From NCBI GenBank assembly GCA_043801585.1, contig JAZDLX010000142.1, forward strand, positions 1-28,332: DNA of 28,332 nucleotides, written 5' to 3'. Within the stretch, counting starts at the first letter, position 1; each line of letters begins with the position of its first letter. A program made the position numbers and the translations under genes. The notes under the pieces are model-generated. The model was not told where the DNA came from and did no database searches. It was given only the letters and a program-made list of their open reading frames with translations. This stretch comes from a bacterium (lineage in GTDB: Bacteria; Electryoneota; Electryoneia; Electryoneales; Electryoneaceae). This document shows positions 17,301-24,618 of the stretch, one piece after another.

Positions 17301-17891
17301 CTACTCTCCCGGCTTGCTTGCGACAATCACCCTGCTGGGTCGAAGAAGCTTGTTCCCAAAACGGTAACCGTGCTGATGTACCGCAAGAACGTGTCCCGGC
17401 TCGACGTCTGGCGAGGGTTGCTGCATCAGCGCTTCGTGTTCGTCGGGGTTGAACGGTTTTCCTTCCGCCTCGATCCGCGACACTCCCCGCCGTTCCAGCA
17501 ATACCCAGAGTTTCTGCCGGATTTTTTCCGCTCCCTCGTACAACGGTGAAGCCTGGCCGTTTTTTTCGGTGTGATCGAGCAACAGGTCAAGATCGTCAAG
17601 TACCGGCAGAAGGTCGCTGACCAATCCTTCGTTTGCGAGTTGGGAAAGCGTTTCGAATTCCACCGAACGGCGTTTCTTGTAGTTTTCAAACTCCGCGCGA
17701 TTCCGAAGCATCTGGTCGCGCAGACGATCGTTTTCTTCGGTCAACTGACGAATTTTTTCGTCTGTGTCGGCAAGGGTCACCTCGGCGGCAATTTGCTCCG
17801 CCGCTGTTTCCTCCATTGGCTCCTCGAGAGGCTGCTGCCGTGCCGCCGCCTGCTTTGATTGCTTCGTTTTGCCTGCACTCTTTGCGCTCAT
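17301..17891 (-). CDS. grpE: Nucleotide exchange factor GrpE
   Basis: [30 protein letters not shown].....LLRPSRV.V. Confidence 0.97.
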   Translation of the reverse strand: MSAKSAGKTKQSKQAAARQQPLEEPMEETAAEQIAAEVTLADTDEKIRQLTEENDRLRDQMLRNRAEFENYKKRRSVEFETLSQLANEGLVSDLLPVLDDLDLLLDHTEKNGQASPLYEGAEKIRQKLWVLLERRGVSRIEAEGKPFNPDEHEALMQQPSPDVEPGHVLAVHQHGYRFGNKLLRPSRVIVASKPGE

Positions 17892-17918
17892 CTTCCTGCC
17901 GTGTTGTGTACCCCAGGT

Positions 17919-18974
17919 TCAATCATCAAGACGGCGATTGATCGCAGTCGCCGCGAAATTGACAAGCGGAACAAGCCGCGCGTAATCCATCCGGGTCGGA
18001 CCGATGATTCCCAGCGCGCCCTCGGTGTCACCGATGGTGTACGCTGCTGCAACGACGCTGCATCCCTGCAGCCTCTCCACCGGCACCTCCTCACCGATGG
18101 AAATCCGCACTCCCTCCGCGGTTTCATGTTCGCCGCTCCAGAGAACGTGCAGGATCACCTCCCGGTCCTCGAGAATTTCAATCACACCCTTCATCCGGTC
18201 CAGATCGGCGAATTCCGGATGCTGCAGGACGTTGGGCGTTCCATCGACATGAAGCTCGCTTGTCGTTCTGTCGTCAAAGATCTGGTCGGCAGCGTTGACA
18301 ACGAGCTTGATCAATGGACTCGCCGCCTCTCGGACACCTGAAAGACGCGCGGTGATTGACCGTTTTACCTCTTCCAGCCGGAGACCCGAAAGGCGCTTGT
18401 TCAACAGCCGTGTCGCCGCCTCGATTTCCTTGTCCGCAATCGATGACGAGATTTCGAGGAGGATGCTCCTGACAAACCCGTGCCGGATGGTCAGGACGAC
18501 CAAGAGCCTGCCCGTTGCAATCCTCACGAGATCGATCTTGTGCAGGATGCCGCCCGCCAATTTCGGCGTCAACACCACCGAGATCAGCGCACTCGTGTGC
18601 GCAAGCGCTTCGCTGGCTCGATCCAGCAGGTCAGGCAGTCCGCCGATGGTCGTATCCTGGATCGCCTGGCGCAGGTGTTCCCGGGCTTCCCGGCTGACCT
18701 CGACTCGGTCCATCAGCAGGTCGACATAGAGGCCGTACCCGAGAGTGGTCGGCACACGTCCGGCGGAGGTGTGCATATGGGCCAGCAATCCCATCTCCTC
18801 GAGATCCGCCATCGTGTTGCGAATCGTGGCTGGTGAAAGCTCCTCCCTCAGACGGCGAGACAGAGTCTGTGATCCCACGGCCCGTGCCGTGACCACGTAC
18901 TCCTGCAGCAAGGTGGTGAACACCGCCACCTGCCGTTCATTCAACTGAGGATAGTTGCCACGTCTCTCTGGCAT
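17919..18974 (-). CDS. hrcA: Heat-inducible transcription repressor HrcA
   Basis: LNERQ, VGSQTL, SPATIRNTMADLEEMG.L...HTSAGRVPT..GY, ISIGEE, G.LGIIGPTRMDY. ATG 18974 preferred over TTG 19007 because the predicted promoter's -10 lies at 19016-19011. Confidence 0.98.
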   Translation of the reverse strand: MPERRGNYPQLNERQVAVFTTLLQEYVVTARAVGSQTLSRRLREELSPATIRNTMADLEEMGLLAHMHTSAGRVPTTLGYGLYVDLLMDRVEVSREAREHLRQAIQDTTIGGLPDLLDRASEALAHTSALISVVLTPKLAGGILHKIDLVRIATGRLLVVLTIRHGFVRSILLEISSSIADKEIEAATRLLNKRLSGLRLEEVKRSITARLSGVREAASPLIKLVVNAADQIFDDRTTSELHVDGTPNVLQHPEFADLDRMKGVIEILEDREVILHVLWSGEHETAEGVRISIGEEVPVERLQGCSVVAAAYTIGDTEGALGIIGPTRMDYARLVPLVNFAATAINRRLDD

Positions 18975-19010
18975 GGAACCGATTCTGTCTGTTGATACCC
19001 TAACCAAAAG

Positions 19011-19039
19011 AAGGTAGAAGAGGTCTTAAAACCTGTCAA
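19011..19039 (-). promoter_or_regulatory. Candidate sigma70-type promoter for hrcA-grpE-dnaJ
   Basis: Minus strand TTGACA (19039-19034, overlapping the ftsX stop), 17 bp, TACCTT (19016-19011). Confidence 0.6.
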
Positions 19040-19899
19040 GAAGCTATTCCGCCGTGAGAGCGCCGTCCGATGGCCGCGGCGGAACCCAACGCACCGATCA
19101 GCATCGTCAGCACAAGCACCGCCAGCAGGGCGATCGGCTGCGGAACCGGAACCGCGCCGCTCTGGGCCAACAGAAACTGCACCGCTCCCACAAGCCCCGC
19201 ACCGAGAACGCCACCGAAAAGACCTGCGAGGATTCCGGCGATGACAAACGGCTGGCGCACCTGCCTCTCGGTGCCACCGACAAGCCTTACGGCACGCGCC
19301 CAGGCGAGTCCGCTACGGATCGCAACACGCACCGACTGGAAGGTCAGAAATATCGCAATCCCCGCGATTACCGCCGCGACAATCAGTAACCCCATGGAGA
19401 GGCGGGTGCCGAGATCCTCCAGTTTTCCAAGCAGTTCGCCCTCGTAGGCGACCTCTTCAATGTCCGGGTGATCGGCCAGCACCTGCGCTTCGAGGGTGAT
19501 CCATTTGACGTTGACAACCTTTGGATCGTATTTGACGATCAGCGATACCGGAAGCGGATTGTGGTCGAGCAGATCAAACATCTCCTTGCCAAAACGTTCC
19601 GAAAACCGTTCCGCCGCCATCGCTTTGTTGACTTCGACAACCTCGACGACCCCTTCACGCGCCCTCATCCATTTGCCGAGTTCGTGAAGTTTCTCCTCAC
19701 GCCCGGGCCGGACAAACGCCTCCAGTTCAAACTGGGCGAGCAGCCCCTCGCGGGCCGCTTCAAGCGCCTGCCTCGCCCCCCACACCGAGGAGCAGAATCC
19801 CGCCACCGCAGCCATGGAGAGGATGGCGAGCCATCCGGCGAGGCCGCTACGGATCAGCGCACGCAAGGCTTCACGCAGGATGAAACGAATCCTCCTCAT
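19036..19899 (-). CDS. ftsX: Cell-division permease-like protein FtsX
   Basis: 287 aa. N-terminal TM, periplasmic loop with NPLP.S, three C-terminal TMs, LVGGT...VR.PF motif. ATGA overlap with ftsE. Confidence 0.9.
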   Translation of the reverse strand: MRRIRFILREALRALIRSGLAGWLAILSMAAVAGFCSSVWGARQALEAAREGLLAQFELEAFVRPGREEKLHELGKWMRAREGVVEVVEVNKAMAAERFSERFGKEMFDLLDHNPLPVSLIVKYDPKVVNVKWITLEAQVLADHPDIEEVAYEGELLGKLEDLGTRLSMGLLIVAAVIAGIAIFLTFQSVRVAIRSGLAWARAVRLVGGTERQVRQPFVIAGILAGLFGGVLGAGLVGAVQFLLAQSGAVPVPQPIALLAVLVLTMLIGALGSAAAIGRRSHGGIAS

Positions 19900-20549
19900 C
19901 GTTCCCCCACAAGTTGTCCACGATCGATCCTGACCGTGCGCACTGGATACTCTTCGAAGAGCTCGGGCTGATGAGTCGTCATCAGCAGAGCGGTGCCACG
20001 CGCGTGGATCGAGCTGAGCAATCCAAGAATCCCCCCGGCCGTTTCGATGTCCAGACTGCCCAATGGTTCATCCGCAACGAGGGCCCGGGGCTCTCCCACG
20101 AGTGCCCGGGCGATCGCGAGACGCCTTTGTTCACCGAAAGACAACTGACTCGGATAGGAATCGAGATGCCTGTACAGACCGACACGGTTCAGCACTTTGA
20201 GCGCTTCGGCTTTTGACTGGCGACGGGTCCAGCCAACCACCTCGCCGACCAGCATGACATTCTCGTACACCGTGCGGTCCTGGATCAGCGCAAGGTCCTG
20301 ATCGACAATTCCCAACTGGCGCCGCATCGCGGGAATGTCACGCTGGCGCATCGACGAGAGCCGGTAATCTCCCACGATCACCTCGCCGACATCCGGCATC
20401 ACCTCAGCGTAGACCATCCGCAGCAGCGTCGTTTTCCCCGCACCACTGCGACCGACGATGTTCACCCATTCCCCCTTGCCGACGCGCAGGGAAACGTCTT
20501 TGATACCACCTTTTGAATACTGTTTCGTAACGCGGATCAGCTCGATCAT
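19896..20549 (-). CDS. ftsE: Cell-division ABC ATPase FtsE
   Basis: GRSGAGKTTL, RRQLGIV.QD, LSFGEQRR, ADEP.G.LD, TH. Adjacent to ftsX. Confidence 0.9.
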   Translation of the reverse strand: MIELIRVTKQYSKGGIKDVSLRVGKGEWVNIVGRSGAGKTTLLRMVYAEVMPDVGEVIVGDYRLSSMRQRDIPAMRRQLGIVDQDLALIQDRTVYENVMLVGEVVGWTRRQSKAEALKVLNRVGLYRHLDSYPSQLSFGEQRRLAIARALVGEPRALVADEPLGSLDIETAGGILGLLSSIHARGTALLMTTHQPELFEEYPVRTVRIDRGQLVGER

Positions 20550-21346
20550 ACGGGCTCCGCAACAATGTGCACCCGGTCGCTCTCCTCGCTGCCGGGCCGC
20601 AGGGTCATCGCGTGGTACACTGCCAGCACGTTGAAGTCACGTTCCGCCAGACGGTCCTTGATCCATTGGATGGAATAGACACGTTGACGGTGATTTTCAA
20701 GGTAGATGACATCTTCATCGTCCGGGTAGATCTCAAAGCGGTTGTGCTGAATCCGTTCATCGGGATCATACCGGGTCTCCCGGCGATACCAGGCACCGGG
20801 TACCTGCTCCTCGACAACGTATCCATCAAAATGGTCGCGGCTGTTGCGTTCCGTGCTCAAATCGCAGATGAACAACCCGCCCCGAAGAAGGATTTTGCGC
20901 ACGCCAAGGAAAAACGCACTGACTTCCTGGGGTTCCACCAGGTAATTCACGGAATCGTACAGGCAGACGCCGATTTCCTGCGGACCGATGTCCGGAATCC
21001 GCCGCATGTCGTTGACACGAAATTCAAGCGTTCGTCCCCTGCGCGGAACGAGGGTGCGGGCCACCACAATCATCTCGGAACAGCTATCGAGACCAATCAC
21101 ATCGTATCCGTGGTCGTTGAGATGTCTCGCCAGAGTACCCGTTCCACAGGCAAAATCCACAACGCGCTGGGCTTTTCGTCCGTGTTTCGCGGCGACGCGG
21201 TGGATCAGTTTCGCCCATTCCACATAGTTCACATGGTCCATTACTTCATCATAGTACCGTGCGAGGACCGAGTAAGGTTCCGCTTCAATCCGTTCGCGAG
21301 GCCCCTCGGGTGGCTGATGTGATTTCCCTCGCCTCATCGGATTCAC
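20546..21346 (-). CDS. Class I SAM-dependent methyltransferase
   Basis: Y..LA.YYD, VVDFACGTG, GLD...EM, DMR, CLYDSVNYL, GGLFICD. Start and stop overlap both neighbours. Confidence 0.92.
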   Translation of the reverse strand: MNPMRRGKSHQPPEGPRERIEAEPYSVLARYYDEVMDHVNYVEWAKLIHRVAAKHGRKAQRVVDFACGTGTLARHLNDHGYDVIGLDSCSEMIVVARTLVPRRGRTLEFRVNDMRRIPDIGPQEIGVCLYDSVNYLVEPQEVSAFFLGVRKILLRGGLFICDLSTERNSRDHFDGYVVEEQVPGAWYRRETRYDPDERIQHNRFEIYPDDEDVIYLENHRQRVYSIQWIKDRLAERDFNVLAVYHAMTLRPGSEESDRVHIVAEPV

Positions 21347-22164
21347 CCTTCCCCCTTGCCTAATCCGAACAATCTCACTGCATTTTCAGTTGTCGTCCCG
21401 GCAACCTCCTCGAAACGGCGACCCTGGATTGATGCCACCGCCGCCGCAACATAGGGCAGATAGGCGGGTTCGTTCGGGTGGCCACGGTGCGGCACAGGAG
21501 CCATGAACGGCGAATCCGTTTCGATCAGCAACCGATCCAAAGGTACGGCGGCCACGACTTCCCGCCGGTCCGTATTTTTGAAGGTGATGTTGCCCGTGAA
21601 GGAGATGTAAAATCCCCGCTCGATCACGATATCCACCATGGCACGGTCCCCCGCGAAACAGTGGAAGACTCCACCCGGACCGGACTTTCCATCAAACCCG
21701 GCGTCCCTGAGGACTTCCAGCAGACGTCTGGAGGCCCGGCGATCATACAGAACGACCGGTTTCCCAAGCTCTCGGGCGAGGTCAAGCTGGCTGCAAAGCC
21801 ACCGTTCCTGCACGGCGGGATCGGTGTGATCCCGGTAGAAATCGAGGCCGATTTCACCAACAGCCACGCATTTCGGGTGGTTGAGAAGATCACGTATTCC
21901 TTCGAGATCCTGCGGTTTGGCTTCCCCGGCGTCGTTGGGGTGGATGCCAGCGGCGAAATAAAGTCCCTCGAACGTTTCCGCATGGATCATCGCCATGCGG
22001 GAACTGGTGAGATCCGTGCCGAGATCGATCAGAGTCGCCACACCGGCATCCTTCGCCCGTTGCACCACATCCGGCTCCTGCCCCGCGAAAGAATGCCACG
22101 TCAGGTGCAGGTGTGTGTCCACCAGTGGGCTGTCGCCAGTGTTTCGATTTACCTGTAACGTCAT
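21343..22164 (-). CDS. tatD: TatD-family hydrolase/DNase
   Basis: DTHLHL, GIHP, VGEIGLDFY, VFHCF, LLIETDSPFMAP, NEPAY. One conserved His appears as Tyr (see findings). Confidence 0.93.
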   Translation of the reverse strand: MTLQVNRNTGDSPLVDTHLHLTWHSFAGQEPDVVQRAKDAGVATLIDLGTDLTSSRMAMIHAETFEGLYFAAGIHPNDAGEAKPQDLEGIRDLLNHPKCVAVGEIGLDFYRDHTDPAVQERWLCSQLDLARELGKPVVLYDRRASRRLLEVLRDAGFDGKSGPGGVFHCFAGDRAMVDIVIERGFYISFTGNITFKNTDRREVVAAVPLDRLLIETDSPFMAPVPHRGHPNEPAYLPYVAAAVASIQGRRFEEVAGTTTENAVRLFGLGKGEG

Positions 22165-22379
22165 GAAATTCCTGATCTTTAAGAGTATTCGGACCGTTCG
22201 CCCTTGTCTCTTGAAATATCGTATCTGTTAGTACTTACAGCCAACGGCCCCCTCTCAGCCGAACCGCCCCCCGGGGTCATCACAGAAACTTCATGCTCGG
22301 GAGGCTGCAACTTTTTAGGGCCTTCACCGGTCTTATCTGTGCAACATCAACAACCCCTGTCGATTCGGGGGAGGTAGCG

Positions 22380-22616
22380 ATGATCGTCGAACAGAATCTC
22401 GAAAGTCACATGGCTGATGAATTGGCAGAACTCCTTAAAGACCATGGAATTCCGTACCGTCACATCGGTCAGGCAGGGAGTGTTCGAGTGGTTGTTCCGG
22501 TGAACGCCGTCAAGGCGAATCAGTTGCGTTCAATTGGTTTCCGGCTCGGACATGGACAGGGTGCGATACGCTATCTCCTTTATTATCAAGGTCGTTTCTG
22601 CGGAGTAGTGATGTAG
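22380..22616 (+). CDS. Small hypothetical protein (78 aa)
   Basis: ATG at 22380 preceded by GGAGG. Fills the gap between divergent tatD and convergent ABC gene. AELLKDHGIPY...VRVVVP loosely resembles DUF2007-type small domains. Confidence 0.65.
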   Translation: MIVEQNLESHMADELAELLKDHGIPYRHIGQAGSVRVVVPVNAVKANQLRSIGFRLGHGQGAIRYLLYYQGRFCGVVM

Positions 22617-22739
22617 ACGCTTCCCGTCCCGATTCCGCAAAACGTGCCGGACGTCCCTCCACGTCCGGTCGATTGCGCGTGCCGCGGACGCGCAGGTGCG
22701 AGATGTCCCACTCCTGATAAGGGTTGGGGCATCTTGTCT

Positions 22740-24587
22740 CTAAGCCTTTTTCACCGCTTGTTTTCCCACCTGGCGTTCCACAAGATCGCGGTAAAGATTG
22801 GATTTTTTCAGCAGGTCACGGTGCCGCCCCTGTGCAACGACCTCTCCGCCGTCGATCAACAAGACCCGGTCATTGGCGCGGATCGATGAGACGCGGTGAG
22901 TCGCGGTGATGACCGTTCTACCCCGCCCCACCTCATCCAGCGTCTTCTGGATTTCATCGGCTACATCACCGTCAAGTGCGGAGGTTGGCTCGTCGAGCAG
23001 GAAGATCGGGGGGTCGGCGAGCAGCGCCCGCGCGATTGAAAGCCGCTGCCGTTGACCGCCGGAGAACCGTTCGCCCAGGTTGCCGAGATTGGTGTCGTAC
23101 CCTTCGGGAAGTTCCATGATGACATCGTGAATCGAAGCTTTTTTCGCGGCGGCAATGACATCCTCGAGTGGCACGTCCCGGCCATAGGCGATGTTCGCCC
23201 GGACGGTGTCGTGGAAGAGCGTTACCTCTTGCGCGACGATGCCGAAATTGCGCCTGAGACCATCCAGTTTCAGCTCACGGAGGTCAACCCCGTCGAGGAG
23301 GATCCTGCCCTCGGTCGGATCGTAGAACCTCGGCAGCAGATTGAGCAGGCTGCTCTTGCCCGATCCGCTGCGTCCGACCAGGATCACCCGGTCGCCCGGT
23401 TTGACAGTCAGCGAAAAATCACGTAAGGCTATCTCACGATCGCTGCCATAACGGAGGGAAACGTGCTCGACGACGAGCTTGTGGTTGAATCCGGAGACAG
23501 GTTTCGCGTCCGGCAACTCATCAATCTGATGGCGGCTTTCAAGCAGGGAGAATACACGCTCCGCCGCTCCCTCAGCGACCCGAAGCCTCGCCGAAACTTC
23601 CGCAAGGCTGACGATGGGAGTCAGCAGCCCGAACAGCAGCAGTAAATAGCGGACGAAATCCCCCGCCGCCAGCCATTGTCCACCGAGCACCCGGCCACCT
23701 GCAACGAGCAGAATTCCGCTGATGACAATCACTCCCACCATCTCCTCCAGCGGAGGGATCAATCGGCGCAGCCGTTCACGGTTCAACGCCTCGCGGAAGT
23801 GTGCGTCCGTCGCTTCTGAAAAGCGATGCAACTCGTGCTCCTCGCCTCCATAAGCCTGAACGATGCGCACACCGTAGAGGGACTCGTTCAGCCGCGAGGT
23901 CACCGCCCCAACACGTTCCTGGGTCCGGCGCGATTTGCGTTTTAGGCTGTTGCCCGCCACGCCCGTGACAAGCGCGGTCAGCGGCGCAATGATCAGCACT
24001 GCGAGAGTCATTTTCCAGGAAATAGCGATCAACAGGGTGAGAAAAACGATCACGTTCAGTGGTTCACGGATCAGTTTGCTGAACCCTTCGGCGAGTCCCT
24101 CGTTCAACTGGGTGACATCATTGACGACGTTGGCGACGAGGTCTCCGCTGTGACGCACATGGAAGAACGCCAGATCCTGCGCCATCAGCCGCTCATAGAG
24201 TTCGTCCCGCATCCGTTTGGCGATACTCTGTTCCACCGCAGCCGCGAGCAGGGTCTGCAGGTAAAGGGAGACATTTCGCAGCAGGAACGCACCGACGATC
24301 AAAAAGATCGCCCGGCGCAGCGAAATCAGCGGAGTGGCGCCACTGACGAGCAGCACGCTGTAGTGTCGGAGGACTTCATCGAAATTGGTCAGCGAAAGGG
24401 GTTGATCCGGAAGAGGCGGAACCGTTGCATTTCCCGAGAGGAGCGACTGGATGAAATCCGCCGACAGCCAGAAGGAGAGGCCGGTGAAGGCAACGAATAC
24501 CAGGCCCGCAGCGACAATCCCGGCGATCCTTAAACCGTGCGGACGCAGGTAGCGAAGGTAACGGCTGACAAATCCCATGCGGGCCAA
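22740..24587 (-). CDS. ABC exporter, fused permease/ATPase (MsbA-like)
   Basis: Multiple TM helices, then GRSGSGKS, LLPRFYDP, FSGGQRQR, LLDEPTSALD, THR. Start may be ATG 24578. Confidence 0.93.
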   Translation of the reverse strand: MARMGFVSRYLRYLRPHGLRIAGIVAAGLVFVAFTGLSFWLSADFIQSLLSGNATVPPLPDQPLSLTNFDEVLRHYSVLLVSGATPLISLRRAIFLIVGAFLLRNVSLYLQTLLAAAVEQSIAKRMRDELYERLMAQDLAFFHVRHSGDLVANVVNDVTQLNEGLAEGFSKLIREPLNVIVFLTLLIAISWKMTLAVLIIAPLTALVTGVAGNSLKRKSRRTQERVGAVTSRLNESLYGVRIVQAYGGEEHELHRFSEATDAHFREALNRERLRRLIPPLEEMVGVIVISGILLVAGGRVLGGQWLAAGDFVRYLLLLFGLLTPIVSLAEVSARLRVAEGAAERVFSLLESRHQIDELPDAKPVSGFNHKLVVEHVSLRYGSDREIALRDFSLTVKPGDRVILVGRSGSGKSSLLNLLPRFYDPTEGRILLDGVDLRELKLDGLRRNFGIVAQEVTLFHDTVRANIAYGRDVPLEDVIAAAKKASIHDVIMELPEGYDTNLGNLGERFSGGQRQRLSIARALLADPPIFLLDEPTSALDGDVADEIQKTLDEVGRGRTVITATHRVSSIRANDRVLLIDGGEVVAQGRHRDLLKKSNLYRDLVERQVGKQAVKKA

Positions 24588-24618
24588 GGTAAGCGTCTGG
24601 CAGCAGCGTTGCCAACGA

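Noticed and set aside
22240..22275. Minus-strand GGCTGAGAG hairpin resembling a TPP riboswitch upstream of tatD
   Set aside because: The downstream ACCTGA...GCGTAGG elements are missing.
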